In this document: in pieces, positions 15,776 to 25,218 of the stretch
Numbering within the stretch: position 1 is the first letter of the stretch
Layout of the letters: every line of letters starts with the position of its first letter
From: an uncultured Solibacteraceae bacterium
GTDB lineage: Bacteria; Acidobacteriota; Vicinamibacteria; Vicinamibacterales; SCN-69-37
NCBI GenBank assembly: GCA_964343975.1
Contig: CAYFLU010000005.1
Span: 1 to 49,645, forward strand
Direction: 5' to 3'
Length of the DNA: 49,645 nt
The notes under the pieces: model-generated
Database searches by the model: none
What the model saw: the letters and a program-made list of their open reading frames with translations, nothing else
Told to the model about the DNA's origin: nothing
Made by a program: the position numbers and the translations under genes

Positions 15776-17911
15776 ATGACCGTTCCCGACGCGCCGCGCC
15801 TCCCGCAGCGGCTGTCTCGCCTCTATGACCTCGCGTGCGATTTGTGGTGGACGTGGCACCCGGCCCGCGAAGTGTTTCGCGCCCTCGACTACCGCCTCTG
15901 GCGCCGCACCGATCACAACCCGGTGCGCATGCTGCGCGAGTTGCCCTACGAAGCGCTCGAGCGGAGCGCCGACGACCCGGCGTTTCTCGCGCGCTACGAC
16001 GCGGCGGTGGCCGCGATGGATGCCAACCGCTCGCCGAAGGGCACGTGGTGGGATCAGCACGTCGGCACCGAGCCGTCGCGCGCCATCGCCTACTTCTCCG
16101 CGGAGTTCGCGCTCCATCAAACGCTGCCGATCTATGCGGGCGGCCTCGGCGTGCTGGCCGGCGATCACTGCAAGGAAGCGAGCGACCTCGGCGTGCCGCT
16201 CATCGGCGTGGGCTTCATGTACCCGCAGGGCTACTTCCGGCAGCGCGTGTCGCCCGAGGGCTGGCAGCAGGAAGTCTACGAACAGCTGCGCTGGGACAAC
16301 GCGCCGATCGCGCCCGCGCGGACGCGCGACGGGCACACGTGCAAAGTGATGGTACCGCTCGGCTCGCGGCACGTGCTCGTGCAGGTGTGGCAGGTGCGGC
16401 TCGGCCGCGTGCGGCTGTTCCTGCTCGACACCGACCTCGAGGAAAACGCGCCGTGGGATCGTGAGCTGACGGCGCGGCTGTACGGCGGCGGTCAGGACAC
16501 GCGCCTCCAGCAGGAAATCGTGCTCGGGCTCGGCGGCGTGCTCGCGCTCCGCACACTCGGCGTGACGCCGGCCGTGTGGCACCTCAACGAAGGCCACGCC
16601 GCCTTCGTGGTGTTGCAGCGCATCCGCGACCTGCTGGCGACCGGCCATCGCTGGGACGCGGCGATCGACACCGTGCGGCAGTCGACCGTGTTCACCACGC
16701 ACACGCCGGTGCCGGCCGGCCACGACGCGTTCCCGTTCTCGCTCGTCGAACAGCACCTCGCCAGTTGCTGGGGCTCGATGGGCGAACATCGCGACAAGTT
16801 CCTCGCGCTCGGCGACTACGACAACGGCTCGGGCAACGGACGGCAGTTCAACATGACGGCGCTCGCGATGCGCACGGCCGGCACGATCAACGCCGTGAGC
16901 CAACTGCACGGCGAAGTGACCCGCGAGATGTTCGAGCCGCTCTGGCCGCACCTCCCCGCGGCGGAACGGCCGGTGCAGGCAATCGCGAACGGCGTGCACA
17001 CGCCGACGTGGGTCGCGCCGGAACTCGCCGCGCTCTTCGACAAATATCTCGGCGCCGCGTGGCGCGATCGCACGGACGACACGGCCGTGTGGGAGCGCGT
17101 GCACACGATCCCCGACGAGGAACTGTGGGACGTGCGCAACCTCATGCGCGACCACCTCTTCCACATCGTCCGCGAGCGCATTCGCGATCGCTGGACCGAT
17201 GAAGGCGCGAGCGCGGCACGTGTGATGGCCGGCGGCGCGATGCTCGATCCGCACGCGCTCACGATCGGCTTCGCGCGGCGCTTCACGGGCTACAAGCGGC
17301 CCGACCTGATCTTCCGCGACGTGGAACGGCTCGCCGCGCTCGTGAACCACCCGCGCCGGCCGCTGCAGATCGTGTTCGCCGGCAAGGCGCATCCGGCCGA
17401 CGAAGCAGGCAAACATCATCTGCAGAACGTGTTCCGCCACGCGCTCGATCCGCGCTTTGCCGGCCGCGTGGCCTTCGTCGACGACTACGACCTGCATGTG
17501 GCGCACTTCCTAGTGCAGGGCTGCGACGTGTGGCTCAACAACCCGCGCAAACCGCTGGAAGCGAGCGGCACGAGCGGCATGAAGGCGTCGATGAACGGCA
17601 CGCCGCATCTCTCGATCGGCGACGGCTGGTGGGCCGAAGGCTACGACACGACCAATGGCTGGCTGATCGAAGGCCGCGCGACCTCGACGCATCCCGACGA
17701 TGTGGATGCGGCCGACGCGACGGCGCTCTACGAGCTGCTCGAGCAGCAGGTGGTGCCGGCCTTCTACGAGCGCAACGTGCGCGGCGTGCCGGAACGCTGG
17801 CTCGCCTACGTGCGCCGCGCGATCATCACGGTCGCCCCGCGCTTCTGCACGCGCCGCATGCTCAAGGACTACGTCGAGCGCGCCTATGCGCCGGCCGTCC
17901 GGCTGGGATAA
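15776..17911 (+). CDS. glgP: Alpha-glucan phosphorylase (GT35, ~710-aa alpha-glucan family type)
   Basis: Track ORF 15329..17911 is trimmed to ATG 15776 (MTVPDAPRLPQRLSRLYDLACDLWWTWHP). Diagnostic stretches are AYFSAEFALHQTLPIYAGGLGVLAGDHCKEASDLGVPLIGVG and EASGTSGMKASMNG (PLP-Lys region). Confidence 0.9.
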   Translation: MTVPDAPRLPQRLSRLYDLACDLWWTWHPAREVFRALDYRLWRRTDHNPVRMLRELPYEALERSADDPAFLARYDAAVAAMDANRSPKGTWWDQHVGTEPSRAIAYFSAEFALHQTLPIYAGGLGVLAGDHCKEASDLGVPLIGVGFMYPQGYFRQRVSPEGWQQEVYEQLRWDNAPIAPARTRDGHTCKVMVPLGSRHVLVQVWQVRLGRVRLFLLDTDLEENAPWDRELTARLYGGGQDTRLQQEIVLGLGGVLALRTLGVTPAVWHLNEGHAAFVVLQRIRDLLATGHRWDAAIDTVRQSTVFTTHTPVPAGHDAFPFSLVEQHLASCWGSMGEHRDKFLALGDYDNGSGNGRQFNMTALAMRTAGTINAVSQLHGEVTREMFEPLWPHLPAAERPVQAIANGVHTPTWVAPELAALFDKYLGAAWRDRTDDTAVWERVHTIPDEELWDVRNLMRDHLFHIVRERIRDRWTDEGASAARVMAGGAMLDPHALTIGFARRFTGYKRPDLIFRDVERLAALVNHPRRPLQIVFAGKAHPADEAGKHHLQNVFRHALDPRFAGRVAFVDDYDLHVAHFLVQGCDVWLNNPRKPLEASGTSGMKASMNGTPHLSIGDGWWAEGYDTTNGWLIEGRATSTHPDDVDAADATALYELLEQQVVPAFYERNVRGVPERWLAYVRRAIITVAPRFCTRRMLKDYVERAYAPAVRLG

Positions 17912-17920
17912 CGTAGCGGC

Positions 17921-18379
17921 ATGGCCAGGAAATCCACCGAGGTCACCCGCTGCGCGCTGTGCGGCGCCAAAGAGGTCACCGAACCGCGCGGCGACGAGCG
18001 CTATTGCCGCGAGTGCTGGGACCGCAAGATCGCGATCGAAGATATCGTGGCGCGCGAGTTCACGCTGAAGCGCTACATCCGGGCCACGAGTGCCGAGAAG
18101 TACCTCGTCTTCCATTCCACGCAGAAGCGGCCGCTCGGCCAGCTGCTCGTGATCGATGACGGATTCGATCTGTTTCTCACACTGGTGCTCTTCCCCACGT
18201 TCCAGTGGGACGATCAGGCGTATCACCTCGAAAACGACCCGGAACGCCGCACGTTTGCCGAGATCTTGGTGGACGTGGTCGCGGCCGACGTGATCGAGCC
18301 GTGGGGCGGCGGCAAGTGGCACCTCGAGATGTTCCGGTCCACGGCGCCCGATCCCGAAGACTGGAACGGCGAGATGTGA
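17921..18379 (+). CDS. Hypothetical protein with an N-terminal CxxC...CxxC zinc-ribbon-like motif
   Basis: 152 aa with coding-like GC3 bias throughout. CALCGAKEVTEPRGDERYCRECW lies at residues 11-33. I recognise no family. The gene starts 9 nt after the glgP stop. Confidence 0.6.
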   Translation: MARKSTEVTRCALCGAKEVTEPRGDERYCRECWDRKIAIEDIVAREFTLKRYIRATSAEKYLVFHSTQKRPLGQLLVIDDGFDLFLTLVLFPTFQWDDQAYHLENDPERRTFAEILVDVVAADVIEPWGGGKWHLEMFRSTAPDPEDWNGEM

Positions 18380-18488
18380 GATGTGAAATGGATGTTAAGA
18401 CCGCTTAAGAAACCGGTCAGAGTCCCGCGCACTCAAAACCATCCGGCGGCACCTCGCGTCATAGGAAGCAAGACCGTATACTTCCCCG

Positions 18489-19679
18489 ATGGCCCTCGAT
18501 ATCAGTCGAATTCAAGCCGCGCTCGCTGCCGAACACCTGGACGGGTGGCTGCTGTACGACTTCCGGGGCACCAATGCGATTGCCGAAGGCCTCGTCGGCC
18601 TCACCGGCCAGCACGTTACGCGCCGCTGGTTCTACTTCATCCCGGTCACCGGCACGCCGCGCAAGCTGAACCACGCGATCGAACCGAACAAGCTGGCCGC
18701 CCTGCCCGGCGACCGGACGCTCTACGCCGAACGTCGGCAACTGGTCGAGGGCCTCACGTCGCTCCTCGCGGGGGCGACGACGATCGCGATGGAGTATTCG
18801 CCGAACAACGACATCCCGTACATCTCGCGCGTCGATGGCGGCACGATCGACCTGCTCCGCTCGCTCGGCAAGACCATCGTGTCCTCGGGCGATCTGGTCG
18901 GCCAGTTCGAGGCCGCCTGGGGCGAGGCCGAGATCGCCACGCATCGCAAGGCGTCCGAGAAGCTGTACCGCATCAAGGACCGCGCCTTCGCGTTCGTCCA
19001 GGCGAAGTTGCAGGCCGGCGAATCGCTCCACGAGTACATCGTCCAGCAAGAGATGGCGAAGTACTTCCGCGAAGAAGGCCTCGTGACCGACAGCGACCCG
19101 ATCGTGGGCGCGCAGGAGAACGCGGGCGATCCGCACTACATTCCGTCAGCCGACCGGCACCGCCCCATCAAACCGAACGAGATCCTGCTGCTCGATCTCT
19201 GGGGGAAGTTGCCGACGCCCGGCGCAGTCTATGCCGACATCACGTGGGTCGGCTTCACGGGTGACGTCGTGCCCGAGCCGTTTGCGAAGGCGTTTGCCAC
19301 GATTGCCGCCGGACGCGACGCGGCGATCCAGAAAGTGCAGGCCGGGGTGGCCGCCGGAGCCGCCGTGCGCGGCTGGGAAGTGGACCGGGTCTGCCGCGAC
19401 GTGATCACGCAGGCCGGCTACGGCCAGTATCTTGTGCACCGCACGGGCCACAGTCTTGGCACCGAAGTGCACGGGAACGGCGTCCATATGGACGACTATG
19501 AAACGCACGACGTCCGGAAGCTCCTGCCGGGCACGGGCTTCACGATCGAGCCCGGCATTTACACAAAGACCTTCGGTGTGCGCACCGAAATCAACATGGT
19601 GGTGGGCGCCGGGCAGGCGACCGTCACCGGTCCCTGTCAGTCGGAACTTGTCCGCATGAGTGGAGTGAAACATGTCTAA
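18489..19679 (+). CDS. M24-family metallopeptidase (Xaa-Pro aminopeptidase / creatinase fold)
   Basis: Contains YADITWVGF, HRTGHSLGTEVHGNG, FTIEPGIY and VRTEINMV, which include the metal-ligand motifs of the pita-bread fold. Confidence 0.8.
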   Translation: MALDISRIQAALAAEHLDGWLLYDFRGTNAIAEGLVGLTGQHVTRRWFYFIPVTGTPRKLNHAIEPNKLAALPGDRTLYAERRQLVEGLTSLLAGATTIAMEYSPNNDIPYISRVDGGTIDLLRSLGKTIVSSGDLVGQFEAAWGEAEIATHRKASEKLYRIKDRAFAFVQAKLQAGESLHEYIVQQEMAKYFREEGLVTDSDPIVGAQENAGDPHYIPSADRHRPIKPNEILLLDLWGKLPTPGAVYADITWVGFTGDVVPEPFAKAFATIAAGRDAAIQKVQAGVAAGAAVRGWEVDRVCRDVITQAGYGQYLVHRTGHSLGTEVHGNGVHMDDYETHDVRKLLPGTGFTIEPGIYTKTFGVRTEINMVVGAGQATVTGPCQSELVRMSGVKHV

Positions 19680-21216
19680 TCGCAGAACGACGGTCTTTTA
19701 CGGCATTCTCATCTCGCTGGCTTCGGTCGCCGTGGGCATGGTCCTGGCCTCCCGCCTCGACCTGGCGCCGCGATCGCTCGCCGGTCCGCTGAACATTCCC
19801 GCCACCAACAGCGCGCCGCTCACCGGCACGCTCGACGCCGGCACCTTCCGCACGATCGCCAAGGACAAGAACCCGGCGGTCGTGAGCATCTCGGCCTTCA
19901 AGCACCAGAAGGCGCAGGACCTGAGCGAGATGCTCAACTTCCCCGGCTTCCGTCAGCAGGCCCCGAATCGCCGCAGCAACCCGCAGGGCGAACTCGTGGC
20001 GGCCGGCGGCTCGGGCTTCATCATCGACAAGGCCAACGGCTACATCCTCACCAACAACCACGTGGTCGAGGGCGCCGAGCAGTTGGAAGTGCGCCTCTTC
20101 AACATGGATCGGCTCTCTGATCCGCTGAAGGCGAAGCTGATCGGCCGCGACGTGCTGACCGATAGCGCGCTGATCCAGCTCGTCGACATGCCGAAGACGC
20201 CGCTCACCGAGACGCCGTTCGGCGACTCGTCGCAGCTGCAGCCGGGTGACTGGGTCATGGCGATCGGCAGCCCGTTCTCCTACTCGAACACGGTCACCGT
20301 GGGCGTGGTGAGCGCGGTCGGCCGCGTGAGCCCGGAACTGAACCCGGTGCAGGGCCGCGACCTCGAGATGATCCAGACCGACGCCGCGATCAACCACGGC
20401 AACTCGGGCGGTCCGCTCCTCAACATCCGCGGTGAAGTGGTCGGCATCAACACCGCGATCATCTCGGACGGCGAGAACGGCGGCAATCTCGGCATCGGCT
20501 TCGCAGTGCCGATCAACACCGTGAAGGAAATCCTCACCGGCCTCCGCTCGGGCAAGGTCTCGCGCGGCCGCATCGGCGTGCAGGTGCAGAAGCAGCGCAT
20601 CGCCGAAGCCGACGTGAAGGACCTCGGCCTGCCGAACACGAACGGCGCGGTGATCAGCACGGTGACCCCGGGCGGCCCGGCCTCCAAGGCCGGCGTGAAG
20701 ATCGGCGACATCGTCACCGAGTTCAACGGCAAGGCCGTGATCGATAGCAACACGCTCATCGACATGGTCGTGCACACGCCGGCCGGCACCACGGTGCCGA
20801 TGCGCGTGGTCCGCGACGGCAAGCCGCAGTCGCTCAGCATCACGATCGAAGAACTCAACGTGGATGACGAGCAGGCGCAGTCGCGCACGCCGTCCCTGCG
20901 CGAGCCGGATCCGACGCCGGAACCGAAGGAAACGGGCTTCGGCATGACGGTGGAACCGCTCACGGCGCAGATGTCGCGCCGCCTGCAGATCCCGGCCGGC
21001 CGCGGCGGAGCCCTCGTGTCCGACCTCGACCCGCGCGGCGCCGCCGCTCAGGGCGGCATGGCGCCCGGCGACGTGATCCTCAGCGTGAACGGCCGCGCGG
21101 TGGCCAACGCCGACGACGCGATCAAGGCGCTCGAAGCGATCGGGTCGGGCCGCAGCGCGCGCATCGTGGTCTGGCGCGCCGGCTCGGAGCAGCTCATCAC
21201 GGTCCGCAAGAAGTAA
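19672..21216 (+). CDS. htrA: Do/HtrA-family periplasmic serine endoprotease with two PDZ domains
   Basis: Contains TNNHVV, DSALIQL and GNSGGPLLN (catalytic triad context), followed by two PDZ-like segments. There is an N-terminal membrane anchor. The gene overlaps the upstream gene by 8 nt. Confidence 0.9.
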   Translation: MSNRRTTVFYGILISLASVAVGMVLASRLDLAPRSLAGPLNIPATNSAPLTGTLDAGTFRTIAKDKNPAVVSISAFKHQKAQDLSEMLNFPGFRQQAPNRRSNPQGELVAAGGSGFIIDKANGYILTNNHVVEGAEQLEVRLFNMDRLSDPLKAKLIGRDVLTDSALIQLVDMPKTPLTETPFGDSSQLQPGDWVMAIGSPFSYSNTVTVGVVSAVGRVSPELNPVQGRDLEMIQTDAAINHGNSGGPLLNIRGEVVGINTAIISDGENGGNLGIGFAVPINTVKEILTGLRSGKVSRGRIGVQVQKQRIAEADVKDLGLPNTNGAVISTVTPGGPASKAGVKIGDIVTEFNGKAVIDSNTLIDMVVHTPAGTTVPMRVVRDGKPQSLSITIEELNVDDEQAQSRTPSLREPDPTPEPKETGFGMTVEPLTAQMSRRLQIPAGRGGALVSDLDPRGAAAQGGMAPGDVILSVNGRAVANADDAIKALEAIGSGRSARIVVWRAGSEQLITVRKK

Positions 21217-21237
21217 CGCGCACCGTCGCACACCATC

Positions 21238-21275
21238 GGCCGCCGGCAGTACACTCTGCCGGCGGCCGTTTTCGT
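21238..21275 (+). terminator. Rho-independent terminator after htrA
   Basis: ggccgccggca-gtacactc-tgccggcggcc forms an 11-bp stem and is followed by gttttcgtt. Confidence 0.65.
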
Positions 21276-21294
21276 TGTACGGCCCTTGCTCACG

Positions 21295-22200
21295 ATGCTG
21301 CCCACGCTCGTTCTCACGGCCGGTCTCGGCACCCGCCTCGATCCGCTCACGCGCCTCGTCGCCAAACCGGCGGTGCCGGTCGCCGGCGCCACACTGGCCG
21401 AACGCGTGGTGCGCTGGCTCGCACGCGAAGGCGCGCGCGACCTCGTGCTGAACCTCCACGCGCATCCGCACACCGTGACCGGCGCGATCGGCGATGGCGC
21501 TCACCTCGGCGTGCGCGTGCGCTATTCGTGGGAGCCGGTCGTGCTCGGGTCGGCCGGCGGCCCCCGCCATGCCCTGCCGATGCTCGCCGGCAGCGACAGC
21601 GACGCGATCCTGATCGTGAACGGCGACACGCTCACCGACGTCGCGCTGACGCCGGCCCTGCACGCGTTCGCGGCGTCGGGCGCCGACGTCATGATGCTGG
21701 TCATCCCGAATCCGGCGCGCGACCGGTACAACGGAATCATTGCGGACGACGACGGCCTCGTACGCGGATTCATCCCGAAGGGGCACGACGTGCCGTCGTG
21801 GCATTTCGTCGGCATTCAGTTCGCGCGGCGCCGGGTCTTCGCCGGACTGCCAGACCACACGCCGGCCGAAACCGTGCGCGAGATCTACCGAGACCTGGTG
21901 GCGCGCGCGCCGGGCCGGGTGCGCGTCTTCCCGGTCGACGCCACCTTCCACGATGTGGGCACCCCCGCGGACTATCTCGCGATGTGCGCGGAATTCGGCG
22001 GTGTCGACGCTCGGGGCAACGTCGTGTGGCCCGGCGCCACCGTGGCGCCGGGTGCTCTCCTCACCCAGTGCATCGTGGGCGCCGGCGTTGACGTGCCCGG
22101 CGGCTTCACGGCCGAACGCACGGCGCTCGTGCCCGCGTCGCTCGTGCGCAGCGGCGAACGCTGCGTGGTCGAGCACGGCATCGCCCGCTTCCCGTTCTAG
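21295..22200 (+). CDS. Sugar-phosphate nucleotidyltransferase (COG1208-like, possibly MurU-like) with a short C-terminal hexapeptide-repeat region
   Basis: Contains the NTP-transferase G-loop LVLTAGLGTRLDPLTRLVAKPAVPVAG, and GD..TD later. Start taken at ATG 21295; the track uses TTG 21286. Confidence 0.75.
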   Translation: MLPTLVLTAGLGTRLDPLTRLVAKPAVPVAGATLAERVVRWLAREGARDLVLNLHAHPHTVTGAIGDGAHLGVRVRYSWEPVVLGSAGGPRHALPMLAGSDSDAILIVNGDTLTDVALTPALHAFAASGADVMMLVIPNPARDRYNGIIADDDGLVRGFIPKGHDVPSWHFVGIQFARRRVFAGLPDHTPAETVREIYRDLVARAPGRVRVFPVDATFHDVGTPADYLAMCAEFGGVDARGNVVWPGATVAPGALLTQCIVGAGVDVPGGFTAERTALVPASLVRSGERCVVEHGIARFPF

Positions 22201-22215
22201 AAACTGGCCCAGCCG

Positions 22216-25200
22216 TTGCATCGGTACGCGTCCGAGCCACTGGCTCGGTCACGCGATGCGCACTCCGTCCCCGCACGGCACGCCACGCGGACTCGTCGTC
22301 TCCTCGCGGTGTTTGTCGCCGCCTCGCTTGGCGGGGGCGCCCTGTTCTACCGACAGGAAGCCGCAGAGGTACGCGCCGAGACCGTCGACGAACTCTCCTC
22401 GATCACCGCCGTACGCCTCCGTGAAGTGACCGGGTGGCTGAATGAACGCCACGCCGACGCGGAGCGCAGCTACGACAACCCGGCCATTGCGCCGTGGCTT
22501 GAGCAGTTCTACCCATCGCCCGCCACCGCACCGGCCCCACCGGTGCTGTCGCAGTGGATGGCCAAGTTCATTTCGTCTGGCGAATACGACGACGTGCTTC
22601 TCGTCTCCCCGGATGGCGATCTCCGACTGAGTGCGACCGGGCGCGAAGCCGACGGCGTGGCACCGCCGATCCGTGCCACGATCCGCGACGCCATCGCGTC
22701 ACGTCGCGTGGGCTTCGCCGACTTCCACCGCGATCGCCCCGGCGACGCCAACCATCCGTCGTTCGTGGTGCCGATCTTCCGCCAGCGTGCACCGCGCGAC
22801 CCGCTCGGCGCACTGCTCCTCCGTGTCGACGCCACGCGCACGCTGGAGCCGATGCTTGCGGGCTGGCCGTCGCCCCACGTGACGGCCGAAACGGTCCTCG
22901 TCCGCCGGGACGGCGCGCGGGGCGAACTGCTGTCGCCCACGCGCTTTCCGGTACCGGCGGGCGCCGCTCCAGGCGGCGCCGTACTCGCCGCCGACATCGC
23001 CGCGAGCGAGCCGACGGGCGCACCGTTCGCGGGCCTGAACTACCGCGGCCACGCCGTCACCGCCGTCGCCATGCGGGTCGGTGCGAGTGACTGGACGCTG
23101 CTCAGCCACATCGACGACGAGGAGATCGCGCGCGAACTGCATGTGCGCGGCCGCGTGATCGCGCTCTTCGTGGGACTCGTCATGTTCAGCGCCATCGTCA
23201 CGGTCGGCTGGTTCCGCCATCGCCATCAACTGACGCTGGCGGAGGCGGAGCGTGCGCAGAGTGAGCGTGTGCGCGCAACGGCGGCGCAGCTGCAGCGTGT
23301 GCTTCGCAACAGCCCCACCATCCTCTACACGATGCGCCGAAGCGACGCCGGCTTCCGTCCGATCGAAGTCAGCGAGAACATCGAGCGGATTTTCGGCCAC
23401 ACCGTGGAGGAAGCGCTCGCGCCGGGCTGGTGGATGCGTCACTTGCTGGCGACAGAATTCGAGGGCGCCAGAGTGGCGGTGGCACGGCTCGACACGCACG
23501 ACGAAGTCGTGCACGAGTTCCGGTACCACCGGAAGGACGGCCGGCTCTGCTGGATTCAAGACACACTGCGGTGTCTCCGCCGCGAGGACGGCCGCGCGGT
23601 GGAAGTGGCCGGCGCGTGGACGGATGTCACGGCCCTCAAGCTGACGGAGGCGCGTGCGCAGCGGCTCACGCAGCTCTATGCGGCGCTGAGCGCCTGCAAT
23701 GAGGCGGTTGCGCGCGCCACCGATGAGGCGACGCTCTTCGATGCGGTGTGCCACGCGGCGGTGGACCATGGTGGCCTCTCGCTCGCGTGGATCGGCCAGA
23801 TCGACCGAGCCAGTCAGCGCATCGTGCCGGTCGTGCGGGTCGGCGAGGGCACGCAATATCTCGACGGCCTCGAGTTCTCGACGGACCCGGCGAGCCCGTA
23901 CGGACAGGGACCGGCCGGCTGCGCCGCCCGCGAACGCCGTCCGTGCTGGTCTGACGACTTCGGGACCGATGAGCGGATGGCCCCCTGGCGCGAGCGCGCG
24001 GCGCTGTTCGGCCTGCACGCAGCCGGCTGTCTGCCCCTCGTCCGCGACGGCGAGCCGGTGGCCATCCTCGCGATCTACACCACGGATCCCGACGGCATCG
24101 ATGAGGAAGCCCGACGGTTGCTGACCGCCATGGCCGCCAACATCTCGTTCGCGCTCGACAGCCTCGCGCGCGATGCGCGCCGGGCCCATGCCGAGGCGCG
24201 GCTCCTCGAGAGCGAGCTGCGCTATCGCACGATCTTCACCCTCAGCAGCCTGCCGATGCTCCTGATCGAACCCGAGACGGGCGCCATCCGCGATGCCAAC
24301 GAGGCGGCCAGCACGTTCTACGGGTGGAACCACCGGCAGCTCCTCGCGATGAACATCAGCGAGATCAACACCATGCCGAGCGGTGAGATCGAACAGGAGA
24401 TGCACAAGGTCGAGCGCGGCACGGAGCGCCACTTCGACTTCCGTCACCGGCTCGCGAACGGCGACATCCGCGAAGTGGAGGTGTTCAGCGGCCGCGTCCT
24501 CACGAGCGACCGCCATCTGCTGCTCTCGACCATCGTCAACGTGCAGGAGCGGCGCAACGCGGAACGCGCGCTGCGGACCTCCCTGCGGGAGAAGGACGTC
24601 CTCCTGATGGAAGTGCATCACCGGGTGAAGTACAACCTGCAGCTGATCAGCAGCCTCCTCCGGCTGGAATCGGGCCGCAGCGACGAGTCGACCGTGCACA
24701 CCGCGCTCGCCGACATGCAGGGCCGCATCCTCTCGATGGCGCTCCTGCACGAAACGCTGTACCGCGCCAGGAGTCTCGCGCACCTCGACCTCGCGCAATA
24801 CCTCTCGGCCGTGGCACAACAGGCCTTCCGTTCGCTCGGCTCGCAGGAGCGGCTCTCGCTCCATCTCGATCTGGCCGACGCGGAAGTCGAACCGGACCTC
24901 GCGATTCCCTGCGGGCTCATCGTGAACGAACTCGTGGCGAACGCGATGAAGCACGCGTTCGTCGACGGGCGCACGGGCACGATCACCGTGCGCCTGCAGC
25001 GACAGGACACGCGCCTCCGGCTCGAAGTGGCCGACACGGGACGCGGCCTCCCCGACGACTTCGAGGCGCGACGCGCCACCTCGCTCGGTCTGCACATCGT
25101 GTCGGTCCTCACGCGGCAACTTCGCGGCGATCTGCAGATTCGCTCGGATCACGGCGCCGCCTTCCTGCTCGAGTTCGATCCTCAACCCGTCCCGACCGGC

Positions 25201-25218
25201 ACAGCGAGGCATCCGTGA
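22216..25218 (+). CDS. Membrane sensor histidine kinase: periplasmic domain, PAS, PAS, GAF, PAS, HisKA_2-type kinase
   Basis: Two TM segments (LLAVFVAASLGGGALFY and VIALFVGLVMFSAIVTVGWF) bracket about 270 aa. A GAF-like block lies around LSLAWIGQID...ILAIYT. The phospho-His box is EVHHRVKYNLQLISSLL, and the ATPase motifs are NELVANAMKHAF and DTGRGLP. The TTG start at 22216 is the only plausible in-frame start upstream of TM1. Confidence 0.8.
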   Translation: MHRYASEPLARSRDAHSVPARHATRTRRLLAVFVAASLGGGALFYRQEAAEVRAETVDELSSITAVRLREVTGWLNERHADAERSYDNPAIAPWLEQFYPSPATAPAPPVLSQWMAKFISSGEYDDVLLVSPDGDLRLSATGREADGVAPPIRATIRDAIASRRVGFADFHRDRPGDANHPSFVVPIFRQRAPRDPLGALLLRVDATRTLEPMLAGWPSPHVTAETVLVRRDGARGELLSPTRFPVPAGAAPGGAVLAADIAASEPTGAPFAGLNYRGHAVTAVAMRVGASDWTLLSHIDDEEIARELHVRGRVIALFVGLVMFSAIVTVGWFRHRHQLTLAEAERAQSERVRATAAQLQRVLRNSPTILYTMRRSDAGFRPIEVSENIERIFGHTVEEALAPGWWMRHLLATEFEGARVAVARLDTHDEVVHEFRYHRKDGRLCWIQDTLRCLRREDGRAVEVAGAWTDVTALKLTEARAQRLTQLYAALSACNEAVARATDEATLFDAVCHAAVDHGGLSLAWIGQIDRASQRIVPVVRVGEGTQYLDGLEFSTDPASPYGQGPAGCAARERRPCWSDDFGTDERMAPWRERAALFGLHAAGCLPLVRDGEPVAILAIYTTDPDGIDEEARRLLTAMAANISFALDSLARDARRAHAEARLLESELRYRTIFTLSSLPMLLIEPETGAIRDANEAASTFYGWNHRQLLAMNISEINTMPSGEIEQEMHKVERGTERHFDFRHRLANGDIREVEVFSGRVLTSDRHLLLSTIVNVQERRNAERALRTSLREKDVLLMEVHHRVKYNLQLISSLLRLESGRSDESTVHTALADMQGRILSMALLHETLYRARSLAHLDLAQYLSAVAQQAFRSLGSQERLSLHLDLADAEVEPDLAIPCGLIVNELVANAMKHAFVDGRTGTITVRLQRQDTRLRLEVADTGRGLPDDFEARRATSLGLHIVSVLTRQLRGDLQIRSDHGAAFLLEFDPQPVPTGTARHP

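Noticed and set aside
15731-17506. 591-aa ORF on the minus strand, together with 14313-15743 (476 aa), 31765-33267 (500 aa), 38939-40318 (459 aa, +), 40315-41577 (420 aa, +), 41797-42852 (351 aa, +) and 47904-49043 (379 aa, -)
   Set aside because: All of these lie antisense to genes with strong family signatures (glgP, PLP dehydratase, nusA, symporter, M20, DmpA-like, regulator/SDR). All show the Arg/His/Ala bias of non-coding frames in GC-rich DNA.
18380-18488. Lower-GC 109-nt intergenic region, considered as a possible small RNA or riboswitch
   Set aside because: I could find only a weak 4-5-bp stem (gaccg...cggtc) and no recognisable riboswitch core or terminator. It is most simply the promoter and 5' UTR region of the M24 peptidase gene.
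19624-22221. 865-aa ORF on the minus strand
   Set aside because: It lies opposite the htrA and nucleotidyltransferase genes, both of which carry clear catalytic motifs. Its composition is Arg/Ala/His-rich and it crosses a terminator and an intergenic region.
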